Source of the DNA: a virus
Virus record (IMG/VR): IMGVR_UViG_3300043179_000057
Coordinates: 1,601-65,600 of that record
Strand: one strand, 5' to 3'
DNA: 64,000 nt
Part shown: one piece after another, positions 18,740-27,400 of the stretch
How positions within the stretch are numbered: the stretch's first letter is position 1
Layout of the letters: each line of letters opens with the position of its first letter
Program-made: the position numbers and the translations under genes
Notes under the pieces: model-generated
What the model was told of the DNA's origin: nothing
The model's database searches: none
The model's input: the letters and a program-made list of their open reading frames with translations, nothing else

Positions 18740-20278
18740 ATGATCGGGACCTGGAACGGCAAGGGCAAGCCGCCGGAGACGCTGCCCTTCAGCGAGCGTC
18801 GGCAGGAGGCGGCCCTGGGCCACATGATCCAGGACACGGAGTTCTTCATGCAGTGCCGGCACCGGGTGAAGCCGGACTGGTTCGTCGGGAGCGTCCTGCA
18901 GAAGCTGTGGACGGCCATCCTGGACTGCGCGGACAAGTACAACCGCCCCCCTACCCTGGAGGAGATCCTGGAGTCGCCGTCCACGGTCGCGGAGGACCAG
19001 GCGATGAAGAACCGCCTGATCGAGAAGGTCCATCAGTGCATAGGGGCGACCGAGGTCTTCCCGCTCGACGCCATCAAGAGCGACTTGACGGCGTGGGTCA
19101 AGGCCCGGGCGGTGTGCACCAGCCTGGAGCGGCAGATCCAGACCTACAACGAGGTGGCCCAGGGGCGCCGGGACCTGGGAGAGCTGATATCCGAGATCAA
19201 GGACGTGTCGCGCAAGATCGACGAGGTCCAGTTCGACGACACCATCCGGTGGAGCTTCGACAACCTCTCTGAGCAGTTCGAGGAGAGCCGGAGGGAGACC
19301 GACTTCGCCATGACCACGGGGCTGTCCACCCTGGACAAGTGCCTCCTGCCGGGTGCGAAGTTCGGCTCCCTGCTAACCAAGAACATGACCGTCTTCCTGG
19401 CCCCCATGGGGGTCGGCAAGACCACCGCCCTGGTGACGACGGCGTGCGCCAACATCATGGCCGGCAAGCGGGTGATGTTCGTGATCCACGAGGGCAAGCC
19501 GGAGCAGGTCCGCGACAAGATCCTGCGGTGCCTGCTCTACCGGCCCGGCGTCGATAGAGGGATGGACAAGGCCGACATGTGGTCGATGGGGACGACCCCC
19601 GAGGGCAGGTACCTGCTGGACAGGTACAGCGCAATGCTCAAAGACAAGCTAGCGTTCATCCCGTACTCGATGGCCGGGATGTCCGTGGAGGAGGTCGGGG
19701 CGGTCATCCGCCAGGAGTGCATGAAGGAGCAGGACCGCACGGGCCGGAAGTTCGATATGGTGGTGGACGACTACGCCTCGTGCCTGTTCACGTCCAGGAA
19801 CAAGAGCGGCCTCATGCAGGACCGGATCGCCATCAAGACCGTGTACGAGTACCTCCTCCACCTGGCCCAGGAGCTGGACGTCCACATGCTGACCGCGCAG
19901 CAGGTCAACCGAGAGGGCGCCAAGGTCATGAAGAGGCAGGACGGCCGGAAGCAGCGCCTCCTGGTCGCGGAGGACGCCGAGGAGAGCTACGGCCCGATGC
20001 AGAAGGCCGACAACGTCATCTCCATCAACCGAGACGACCACGCGGCCCGCAACGACTACATCACCCTGTACGTGTGCAAGAACCGAGACGGGGAGGGCGG
20101 CCACGCCGTTATGTGCGACAGCAGGTACAACTACTCGGTGGCGTTCCATAACCAGCTACGCAGTGCGTGGTACTGGGGCACCAGCACCAGGGCCGACAAG
20201 GTCATGTCCCTGCTGAGCAGCCACCGAGGCCAGCAGATACCCGCGCACGAGCTGGCGGACGACAAAGACAAAGGGTAG
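18740..20278 (+). CDS. dnaB: DnaB-like replicative helicase
   Basis: Walker A APMGVGKT, VVDDYA, AQQVNREG, KADNVI, KNRDG. Confidence 0.9.
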   Translation: MIGTWNGKGKPPETLPFSERRQEAALGHMIQDTEFFMQCRHRVKPDWFVGSVLQKLWTAILDCADKYNRPPTLEEILESPSTVAEDQAMKNRLIEKVHQCIGATEVFPLDAIKSDLTAWVKARAVCTSLERQIQTYNEVAQGRRDLGELISEIKDVSRKIDEVQFDDTIRWSFDNLSEQFEESRRETDFAMTTGLSTLDKCLLPGAKFGSLLTKNMTVFLAPMGVGKTTALVTTACANIMAGKRVMFVIHEGKPEQVRDKILRCLLYRPGVDRGMDKADMWSMGTTPEGRYLLDRYSAMLKDKLAFIPYSMAGMSVEEVGAVIRQECMKEQDRTGRKFDMVVDDYASCLFTSRNKSGLMQDRIAIKTVYEYLLHLAQELDVHMLTAQQVNREGAKVMKRQDGRKQRLLVAEDAEESYGPMQKADNVISINRDDHAARNDYITLYVCKNRDGEGGHAVMCDSRYNYSVAFHNQLRSAWYWGTSTRADKVMSLLSSHRGQQIPAHELADDKDKG

Positions 20279-20292
20279 GAATCTTTAGGGGT

Positions 20293-20901
20293 ATGGGGCC
20301 CCGGAGGAAGCCGAGCCAGGACCGGGTCGGCTTCGCCGTGGAGCACGGGGTGGACGTCGAGGGGAGGGTGGTCTACCTGGTCGGGGACGTGGACGAGGCC
20401 GTCGTCGTCCGCTTCCTCGCCGCCCTGCACGTCCTGGACGCAGAGGAGAGCCCGGTGAGGGTGATCCTGTCCTCGGACGGGGGCGGGGTGGATGCCGGCA
20501 TGGCCATCTACGACGCCATCCGGACGACCAGGAGCCGGGTGACCGTGGACTGCTACGGGGCCTGCCAGTCCATAGCGGCGCTCATCCTGCAGGCGGCGGA
20601 CGTCCGCCGTGTGTCCCCGGAGTGCCGGCTCATGATCCACAACGGGTCCGTGAGGGTGGAGAACACGTCGGCCGACACCATGGAGTCGATCGGGCGCGAG
20701 GTCGCCCTGCTGAACCGGCGGTACTGGGAGATCCTGGCGAGGCGCAGCGGGCTCACGACCGACCGCATCAAAGAGATGTGCCAGGTGGAGACCTACCTCT
20801 CGGCCGCTGAGGCGGTGGAGGCGGGGCTGGCCGACGAGGTGATCAGGGCGTCTTCTGGTATGATGGGAAAGAGGACGAGGGGCAGGAGGTACAGAAAATG
20901 A
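20293..20901 (+). CDS. clpP: ClpP-family (S14) serine protease
   Basis: RVVYLVGDV, LSSDGG, AIYDAI, catalytic Ser in CQSIA, His in MIHN, TYLSAAEAVEAGLADEV. Confidence 0.88.
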   Translation: MGPRRKPSQDRVGFAVEHGVDVEGRVVYLVGDVDEAVVVRFLAALHVLDAEESPVRVILSSDGGGVDAGMAIYDAIRTTRSRVTVDCYGACQSIAALILQAADVRRVSPECRLMIHNGSVRVENTSADTMESIGREVALLNRRYWEILARRSGLTTDRIKEMCQVETYLSAAEAVEAGLADEVIRASSGMMGKRTRGRRYRK

Positions 20902-21491
20902 ACAGGAAGACGATCACGGCAATGGCGGTTGGCCTGGCGGCGGCCCTCCTGGTGGGATACGGGGCGGGCAGGTACGCGGCCCCGGTCAAGACCGTGGAGC
21001 GGGTCAAGGTCGAGGTGGTCGAGAAGCAGGTGGTGGTCACCCAGGTCAAGGTCGAGAAGGAGTACGTCGCGGTGGCCGACCGGAACGCCGACACGCGCGT
21101 CAACCGCGAGGTCGTCGAGGTAGTGAAGCCGGACGGCACCAAGACCACGACCACCAAGGAGACCACCGACACCAAGGAGACGTCCCGCGAGTCCGTGGCC
21201 TCGACCTCCACGACCACGTCCACGAAGGTGGAGGCCAAGGAGTCTACGAAGGTGGAGGAGAGGGCCGTCCGGGTCGCCCGCGGGCTGCCGACGTGGACCC
21301 TGGGGGTGGACGCTGGCGTGGTCCTGCCGGCCCTCGTAGGAGACTCCAGGCCGGCGCGGCTCGTCCCGGGCCTGCCGCGGTGGGCGGAGGTCGGGATCTC
21401 CCTGGACCGGCGCCTCTTCGGGCCGGTCAAAGCGGGGGTCCGGGTCGGCTCCATGGGCTCCGTAGGGGTGGCGCTCAAGGTGGAGTTCTAG
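20898..21491 (+). CDS. Envelope protein: N-terminal TM/signal, Thr/Lys-rich stalk, beta-rich C-terminus ending in Phe
   Basis: Hydrophobic residues 7-24; KTTTTKETTDTKE; alternating pattern VGVALKVEF-stop. Confidence 0.7.
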   Translation: MNRKTITAMAVGLAAALLVGYGAGRYAAPVKTVERVKVEVVEKQVVVTQVKVEKEYVAVADRNADTRVNREVVEVVKPDGTKTTTTKETTDTKETSRESVASTSTTTSTKVEAKESTKVEERAVRVARGLPTWTLGVDAGVVLPALVGDSRPARLVPGLPRWAEVGISLDRRLFGPVKAGVRVGSMGSVGVALKVEF

Positions 21492-22517
21492 GTGAGCCAG
21501 CCCGGGTCCCTCTGGGCCTCGGGCGGGGCCGGCGAGTTCGACTTCAGGATCGGACAGCCGGAGGCGGACTCGACCGTCTTCCTGGGGCAGCTCTCCCCTC
21601 CGCCGAGGGCGGCCATGGAGCGGTACCTGACCCCGGTCGGGGACCCAGAGCTGGTCGAGCTGCTGGAGGAGCGATACGGCCACGCCTACCGGGTGATCGT
21701 CACGGCCGGCGCTCACCAGGCCCTGGTGGCCTGCGTCCGCGCCATCTCGTCCTTCAAGGGCTACCCCTACATGGACTGCCAGCCGGTGTTCTACCCGGGC
21801 CTGCGGCACGTGGGTCTGGCTGCCGGGTGCGACCTCCGCCACCAGCCGGAGGACTACCCCGCCAAGCCCTCTCCCGGGGTCTCCGTGGCGGCGTGGCCCA
21901 ACAACCCGGACGGGATGTCCGGCGGCCTACCCGCCTTCGGCTGGGACGTCTGGGACGCCGTCTACGCCGACGAGGTGTACGGATGGGACGGGACCTCCCC
22001 CCAGCACCGGGTCCTGGTCGGCAGCGTGTCCAAGACCCACGGGCTGCCGGGGCTAAGGGTCGGGTGGGTCGCGTGCCGCAAGGAGGAGGACGAGCTGTAC
22101 CCCTACCTGGCCAGGCACGCGGAGGCCCTCACGGAGGGGGTCAGCGGCGTGACCCAGCACTACGCCAAGCAGGCGCTCCTGGCCGACGTGAGCGGCATGG
22201 GGAGGTGGACCTGGCGCACGTTCCTGCGAACCAGGCTGCTGGACAACGCCAACCTGTTCAAGGAGTCCGTCGGGTGGGTGACCGACCGAACGATGGGCGT
22301 CCCTCACGACGGAACCGGCATGTTCGCCTGGTTCCACGTCAAGGAGGTCTTCCGGTCAGAGTTCGAGGCCGCCCTGAAGGCCGCCGGGGTAACCCTGATG
22401 CCGGGAGGGGCGTGCGGGGCACCGGAGCCGGGCTGGTACCGGATGTCCATGTCCAGGCCCACGTCCGTCACCGAGCGGGCGCTGGCGCTCCTGGACCGGG
22501 AGCTTAGGGTCCGATGA
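21492..22517 (+). CDS. PLP-dependent aminotransferase, class I/II
   Basis: VTAGAHQAL, PNNPDG, WDAVYA, SVSKTHGLPGLRVGW (PLP lysine), YRMS. Confidence 0.85.
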   Translation: MSQPGSLWASGGAGEFDFRIGQPEADSTVFLGQLSPPPRAAMERYLTPVGDPELVELLEERYGHAYRVIVTAGAHQALVACVRAISSFKGYPYMDCQPVFYPGLRHVGLAAGCDLRHQPEDYPAKPSPGVSVAAWPNNPDGMSGGLPAFGWDVWDAVYADEVYGWDGTSPQHRVLVGSVSKTHGLPGLRVGWVACRKEEDELYPYLARHAEALTEGVSGVTQHYAKQALLADVSGMGRWTWRTFLRTRLLDNANLFKESVGWVTDRTMGVPHDGTGMFAWFHVKEVFRSEFEAALKAAGVTLMPGGACGAPEPGWYRMSMSRPTSVTERALALLDRELRVR

Positions 22518-22762
22518 GGAGGCGCCTCAACGAGGTCGCGATAGCGGACGGGCGGGTGCGCTACACGGTGGTCGTGGAGGGCGACGCGTGCGAGCCGGGG
22601 ACGGACGCGGCCCGGTACCGTCAGTACGAGTTCCTGCTGCACCTATCCAACAACCAGGACCTGCTGGCCTGCGGGCCGGTGATGTACGAGCACTTGTCGA
22701 TCAGGCACAACGGGGACAGGTGGGTCGCAGAGGCTCAGGCGGTCGTATCAAAGAGGGAGTAG
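22514..22762 (+). CDS. Hypothetical protein, 82 aa
   Basis: ATGA overlap with the upstream gene. Confidence 0.6.
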   Translation: MRRRLNEVAIADGRVRYTVVVEGDACEPGTDAARYRQYEFLLHLSNNQDLLACGPVMYEHLSIRHNGDRWVAEAQAVVSKRE

Positions 22763-22764
22763 AG

Positions 22765-23448
22765 ATGAAAAAGCTGTTCGTCTTGGGGCTGTTCGTGTTT
22801 TTGATGAGCTGCGCTAGCATGAGGCCGGCGCCGACCGAGGAGGCCCAGGAGGGCCTGAACCACGCGGTCAAGCTGGAGGTGCGGGTCGCCTCCATGGAGG
22901 CCGGCAAGACGGTCGTCCACCACGGGACGGGGACGGGAACGGTGGTGGCGAAGGCGAAGAACGGCAGCGCTCTGATCCTCACCGCCGCCCACGTGTGCAG
23001 GCCGCAGGGGGCCGTGGCCTACGTGCTCCAGGCGGTCGAGCGGTCCGAGGAGACGGTCCCCGCCACCGTGCTGAACTACAGCTACAAGCACGACCTGTGC
23101 CTGGTGAGCGCCCCCCTGACCGTGGTGCGCCCGGCGGACGTCGCCAGGTACGTGCCTCCGGTCGGCGCCAAGGTGCACTACGCCGACGGCCTGCTCTACG
23201 GCCCCGCCCTCGTCGCGGTGCGTGACGGTAGGTACGCCGGGGACACCACCTACGGAGACGACAACGACAGAGACTTCACCGTCCTGACGACGCAGGCGCA
23301 CGGCGGGGACAGCGGGGCGGGGGTCTACTACCACGGGCGGCTCTTCGCGGTGGTCCTTGGAGGCCTCAGCGCGAGGGGCGAGACGTCCGGGGCCAGGGTC
23401 ACTCTCTGTGCCACCATGCGGCAGATACGCAGCTTCCTGGAGGAGTAG
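22765..23448 (+). CDS. Trypsin-like (S1) serine protease, predicted lipoprotein
   Basis: MKKLFVLGLFVFLMS-C lipobox; triad motifs LTAAH, HDLCLV, GGDSGAG. Confidence 0.85.
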   Translation: MKKLFVLGLFVFLMSCASMRPAPTEEAQEGLNHAVKLEVRVASMEAGKTVVHHGTGTGTVVAKAKNGSALILTAAHVCRPQGAVAYVLQAVERSEETVPATVLNYSYKHDLCLVSAPLTVVRPADVARYVPPVGAKVHYADGLLYGPALVAVRDGRYAGDTTYGDDNDRDFTVLTTQAHGGDSGAGVYYHGRLFAVVLGGLSARGETSGARVTLCATMRQIRSFLEE

Positions 23449-24144
23449 GTGAGGGACATCGAGTCGATCGGGCGGGCCGACGGGCTCGCGCTGGTGTGGG
23501 AGGCCTCCGACCGCGTGCGGAGCTGGCGGCCGGGGTTCGGGATCCGGCCCAAGTCTGTCTCTCGCTTCCACCGGGTCGTGGGCTCGATCATGGCCGCCCT
23601 GGGGAGCGCCGACTACCGGGACGAGCTGTGGACCACCCTGTGGCGCAGGTCGTACTGGCCGACGAGCCGACCCCCGTTCCGAGTCGAGGACGCCGCGGTG
23701 GTGTGGCACGAGGGCTGGCACGCCAGGTGGACCGGGAGCCCGCTGCTGTTCCTGCCGTACGCCATGCTCTACCTCGCCCCCGCCTCCCTGGCGCCCCTGG
23801 CCCTCCTGCTGCCGGGGTGGTGGCCCCTGCTGGGCCTGGCCCTCCTGCTGCCGCTGCCGGCCCCCTTCCGCCTCTGGTCGGAGACGCGGGGCTACGCCTG
23901 CCAGATGGCGTTCCACAGGGGCCTCGGCTGGTGGGACGGGGCCAGCTTCGAGGAGCTTGACGCAGCCTACTACGACCAGTTCGGCCACTTCTTCGCCGGG
24001 ATGGCCTACTACTCCCCCGTGGGGAGGCCGATAGCCCGATGGATGATCCGCAGAAGCCTGCGCCGGCTCATGGCCGGCAGGCTCACCAGGTACGAGCAGG
24101 ACGCGGAGCGACACGGGATTGACAGCAGACGGACCGGACCCTAG
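23449..24144 (+). CDS. Membrane-associated zincin-like metalloprotease, putative
   Basis: VVWHEGWH (HExxH), hydrophobic hairpin, then ETRGY as candidate third ligand. Confidence 0.6.
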   Translation: MRDIESIGRADGLALVWEASDRVRSWRPGFGIRPKSVSRFHRVVGSIMAALGSADYRDELWTTLWRRSYWPTSRPPFRVEDAAVVWHEGWHARWTGSPLLFLPYAMLYLAPASLAPLALLLPGWWPLLGLALLLPLPAPFRLWSETRGYACQMAFHRGLGWWDGASFEELDAAYYDQFGHFFAGMAYYSPVGRPIARWMIRRSLRRLMAGRLTRYEQDAERHGIDSRRTGP

Positions 24145-24394
24145 CGACGAGCGGTGCCCGCACTGCGGGGCGGGGACGTTCGTCCACCGCCTGGAGGCCA
24201 GCGACGAGATCTACTGCCCGCGGTGCGGGTACGAGGAGAAGCGCCTTCTGGACGGGCTCCGGAGGCTCAAGGCGTCCGATCCGCGCCCACCTCCCTCGGG
24301 CGGCATGAGGCCCCCTACGATCCCAGCGCCGCGTGCAACGGAGGAACACCCTGGCGAATCTACGGGCCGGATGCAGATGGAAGCAGGACGATAG
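24119..24394 (+). CDS. Zinc-ribbon protein with its C-terminus replaced by the insertion
   Basis: CPHCG...CPRCG. The native end appears to lie after the second repeat copy (…GGMRPLKRGPGRVPKTGFRGR, stop 25478). Confidence 0.5.
   Translation: MTADGPDPSDERCPHCGAGTFVHRLEASDEIYCPRCGYEEKRLLDGLRRLKASDPRPPPSGGMRPPTIPAPRATEEHPGESTGRMQMEAGR
24213..24314. repeat. 102-bp direct repeat, copy 1
   Basis: ACTGCCCGCGG…CATGAGGCCCC is identical to 25327-25428. Confidence 0.95.
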
Positions 24395-24477
24395 GGATGG
24401 GGGTAGAAGCCTTTGAAGATGACAACGGCCAGGAATGGCTAATGCTTTGTACGGTTTTTGAAAAGGACCACACATGA
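24316..24477 (+). pseudogene. 3' half of a DUF4258/RelE-like toxin gene
   Basis: PWRIYGPDADGSRTIGMGVEAF…LMLCTVFE; ATGA overlap with the antitoxin; no native 5' end. Confidence 0.5.
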
Positions 24478-25067
24478 AAAAGCCGACGACCAAGGCACTG
24501 AACTGCGCGTGCGGCGGCGTCCTCAAGGAGGCGTCGCTCGATAGCTACGACTTCTCCGGCTACACCGGGTTTCACACCATATTGCAGAACGTTCCCGGAC
24601 TTCGCTGCACGAAGTGCGGCGGGGAAACGCTGCACGGTGGGATGATTCACATGATCTTCAAGTGCCTCATCGTCGAGATCGCTAAGACACAGCGCCGTCT
24701 ATCGTCCAACGAAGCCCGCTTCTTGCGTCGGGTCATGAACATGACCCAGCAGGAACTTGCTACACGAATGGCCATCGCCAGGGAAACGGTAGCCAAGTGG
24801 GAATGCGGCGACGCAGAGATCTCCCCGCAGCATGATTTTATCCTCCGCGTCGTCGTACTAACGCCCCTTATCAGGAGCAATCCAACGATGATGCCGAAAG
24901 CACTGTGGATGGAACTGCTAGGAGAACTACAGGCGGCGCGGAACGCTCCACCAGAGAAGCTCGATCCGGTCGATCTGACGCAGTACAAGCAAAGCCTGGC
25001 AAAGAAGCGCAAGACTTGGCCGGCGAGCGCTAGGGGAGAAGGCCTCGCGGCAGAGGCCACCGTCTAG
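24474..25067 (+). CDS. MqsA/YgiT-type zinc finger plus XRE-HTH antitoxin
   Basis: CACGG…NVPGLRCTKCGGE; ARFLRRVMNMTQQELATRMAIARETVAKWECG. Confidence 0.85.
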   Translation: MKKPTTKALNCACGGVLKEASLDSYDFSGYTGFHTILQNVPGLRCTKCGGETLHGGMIHMIFKCLIVEIAKTQRRLSSNEARFLRRVMNMTQQELATRMAIARETVAKWECGDAEISPQHDFILRVVVLTPLIRSNPTMMPKALWMELLGELQAARNAPPEKLDPVDLTQYKQSLAKKRKTWPASARGEGLAAEATV

Positions 25068-25297
25068 CGCTTCCACCTGGCCTTCGCCGCCGCGCGCGCG
25101 ATCTCTGCCCTCCGCTTCTTTGACAGTGCCGCTGCCCTGGCTTTTCCGCCCTTGGCCCCGCCGAGCTTCCCGAGTGCCACAGCGGCGGGGTTCTTCCCCG
25201 CGTCCGGGTTGGGCTCGACAGCCTGACCCGTAGCGATGTCCGTGATCAGCTTCGCTAGCTGGTTCGCGTCCCGTGGCCTGCTTGAGCGTCTAGGCAT
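25064..25297 (-). CDS. Small basic protein (RPRDxNQLAK / KNPAAVALGxxGGxKGGKAR type)
   Basis: 77 aa from ATG 25297; Lys/Arg/Ala-rich C-terminus. Confidence 0.8.
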   Translation of the reverse strand: MPRRSSRPRDANQLAKLITDIATGQAVEPNPDAGKNPAAVALGKLGGAKGGKARAAALSKKRRAEIARAAAKARWKR

Positions 25298-25326
25298 GAT
25301 CCAGCCATGCCACGGAACGCGGGCCG

Positions 25327-25428
25327 ACTGCCCGCGGTGCGGGTACGAGGAGAAGCGCCTTCTGGACGGGCTCCGGAGGCTCAAGGCGTCCGATCCGCGC
25401 CCACCTCCCTCGGGCGGCATGAGGCCCC
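25327..25428. repeat. 102-bp direct repeat, copy 2
   Basis: Identical to 24213-24314. Confidence 0.95.
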
Positions 25429-25479
25429 TCAAGAGGGGGCCGGGACGGGTCCCGAAGACTGGGTTCCGGGGGCGGTAGG

Positions 25480-25488
25480 TGGTATGAT
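25480..25488 (+). promoter_or_regulatory. Extended -10 promoter, leaderless
   Basis: TGG-TATGAT; ATG 25495 follows by 6 nt. Confidence 0.6.
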
Positions 25489-25494
25489 GGGGCG

Positions 25495-26277
25495 ATGCCG
25501 TCGTTCAGGGTAGCAAGCGACCTCCACCTGGAGCACCGGGAGGCCCTGGAGGTAGACCTTCTGGTATCGGAGCTTACGGCCGACCCAGAGGAGGACGCCC
25601 TCGTCCTGGCGGGGGACGTCGTGAGCCTCAAGATGCTGCTGGAGAACTCCAAGAGGGGGCGCCTCGCCGTGGAGTCCATGCGCAGGCTGTGCGACGCCTA
25701 CCCTCGCACGGTGTGGGTGTTCGGGAACCACGAGTTCTACGGCTCGGACGCGTCCAGGGAGGACGCCCTCCAGGCCGCCGCGGACGAGGCGGTGGGCCGG
25801 GAGTCCCTCTCGATCCTCAACCCCGGGACGGTCGAGGTGGCCGGGGTCGCGGTGGTGGGCGCCACCATGTGGTTCAGGGACGCCCACAAGAACAAGGAGT
25901 TCGAGGGGTGCCTGGCCGACTTCCGGCTCATCAAGAACTACAAGCCGTGGGTGTACCTCAGGAACCAGCAGCACCTCGCGTACATCCGGGAGCGTCTGGC
26001 TGCGTGCGACCCGGCCAGGACGCTGGTGGTGACGCACCACCTCCCGTCGGTCGCGAGCGTGCCGCCCAGGTTCGCCTACGACGAGACCAACCGGTTCTTC
26101 GTGTGCGACGTGGAGGACGTGATCTGCGACTACAGGCCCGCCGCCTGGGTTCACGGCCACACGCACAGCACGTGCGACTACCGCGTGGGGGCGACCAGGG
26201 TGGTCTGCAACCCGCGCGGGTACCCCAACGAGCGGGACGCCAGCTTCGACCAGCGCCGCGTCGTGAGGGTGGGGTGA
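25495..26277 (+). CDS. Metallophosphoesterase
   Basis: SDLHLE, LAGDV, GNHEFY, THHLP, HGHTH. Confidence 0.9.
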   Translation: MPSFRVASDLHLEHREALEVDLLVSELTADPEEDALVLAGDVVSLKMLLENSKRGRLAVESMRRLCDAYPRTVWVFGNHEFYGSDASREDALQAAADEAVGRESLSILNPGTVEVAGVAVVGATMWFRDAHKNKEFEGCLADFRLIKNYKPWVYLRNQQHLAYIRERLAACDPARTLVVTHHLPSVASVPPRFAYDETNRFFVCDVEDVICDYRPAAWVHGHTHSTCDYRVGATRVVCNPRGYPNERDASFDQRRVVRVG

Positions 26278-26549
26278 CCGCAAGGCAGCGCCGGGCGCTC
26301 AAGGTGATGGCGAGGACCCGGGGCGGGCTCTCCAGGAGGGTCGGAGGCCACTGGGAGGTCGAGGGTACCCCCTCCTACCCGTCCTTCGGCCTGACGATTC
26401 CGTCGATGTGGGTCTCGACCATGGAGGTCCGGGACCTGGACCGGGCCGGTATCACGGTCAGGCCGGAGGAGCCCGTGGAGGGGCGCCCGGAGAGGCGCGT
26501 CCTGAGCGAAGAGGGGCTGGCGGCCGCGCTGGCCATGCTGGCCCGGTGA
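26274..26549 (+). CDS. Hypothetical protein
   Basis: GTGA overlaps at both ends. Confidence 0.55.
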   Translation: MTARQRRALKVMARTRGGLSRRVGGHWEVEGTPSYPSFGLTIPSMWVSTMEVRDLDRAGITVRPEEPVEGRPERRVLSEEGLAAALAMLAR

Positions 26550-27094
26550 GGCTGGAGGAGGCGCCGCCGTGGTGCGGGGTCCTGGTGGGCCTGGCGCCCT
26601 CCCGGTCCTCTGACCCGGCCGTCCCCGTCCTAGGCGGACGCTCCGGGAGGTTCCTGGCTGAGCTGGCCGGCGTCCCCACCCACGCCCTGGCGTTCCTGTT
26701 CGTTCGGGTCAACCTCCTCGGACGCCTGCCGGAGCGGGTGGCGCGCGGGGACCTCGTGGGGCCTGCCTGGGGGGTCGTCAGCGCGCTCGGCGGCCGCAGG
26801 GCCGTGCTCCTGGGCAGGGACGTGGCCGGGGCCTGCGGGGCGCGGGTGCGCGGCCTGGGCTCCGCCCCCTGGCTGGAGTGGAGGCCGCTCCCGAGCGGGA
26901 GCGGGGCGGTGATGCCCCACCCGTCCGGGCGCAACCGGTGGTGGAACTCCCAGGACAACCGGGCCGCCGCCCGGGCCTTCCTCCGCGAGGAGATGACGCG
27001 CATCGCCAGGAAGGCGATGGAGGACATCCCGGACGGAGTCGTGCTACAATCGATCCAGAGGATCGCCGAGGGAGACTTCGACCGCGGTTCATAA
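26546..27094 (+). CDS. Uracil-DNA glycosylase-like superfamily protein
   Basis: LVGLAP motif A, RVNLL, VLLGRDVA, MPHPSGRNRWWN motif B. Confidence 0.7.
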   Translation: MRLEEAPPWCGVLVGLAPSRSSDPAVPVLGGRSGRFLAELAGVPTHALAFLFVRVNLLGRLPERVARGDLVGPAWGVVSALGGRRAVLLGRDVAGACGARVRGLGSAPWLEWRPLPSGSGAVMPHPSGRNRWWNSQDNRAAARAFLREEMTRIARKAMEDIPDGVVLQSIQRIAEGDFDRGS

Positions 27095-27108
27095 ACGGAG
27101 GGCGATAG

Positions 27109-27396
27109 ATGAACAAGCACCTGACGACGGCGTGGCGCTACCTGAGGATAGGGATCGTGCTGGGGTTCGAGGTCTTCATGATCGTGGGGGCGGTGGCGGC
27201 GGCGTGCGCCGCCGCCGTGGCCATAGCCCTTTCGGGGCAGATGATGCCCGCGTACAAGCTGGTCGGCGTCGCCGCCGCCGTGGCGGTGTACGCCGCCTGC
27301 ATGGCCGGCCGGCGGGTCTCCCGGGAGGCCGTTCTGAATATCGTTCTTACGGACGAGGAGCTTGCGGAGGCGACCAAGCACCCCAAGAAGTGGTAA
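27109..27396 (+). CDS. Two-TM membrane protein
   Basis: Two hydrophobic segments, basic C-terminus, RBS GGAGG. Confidence 0.65.
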   Translation: MNKHLTTAWRYLRIGIVLGFEVFMIVGAVAAACAAAVAIALSGQMMPAYKLVGVAAAVAVYAACMAGRRVSREAVLNIVLTDEELAEATKHPKKW

Positions 27397-27400
27397 GCTG

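Larger units (their letters stand above)
24315..25326. mobile_element. 1012-bp foreign insert (toxin fragment, antitoxin, small basic protein)
   Basis: Bounded by perfect 102-bp direct repeats. A sampled 60-nt line is 57% GC against 75% in the repeat; codon usage differs. Confidence 0.75.

Noticed and set aside
20293-20901. ClpP catalytic Asp replaced by Glu as a novelty
   Set aside because: The ETWL/ETYL variant is common in phage S14 proteases.
24213-25428. IS element with target-site duplication, or CRISPR repeats
   Set aside because: No transposase and no terminal inverted repeats; 102 bp is far longer than a typical TSD; two copies 1.1 kb apart do not form an array.
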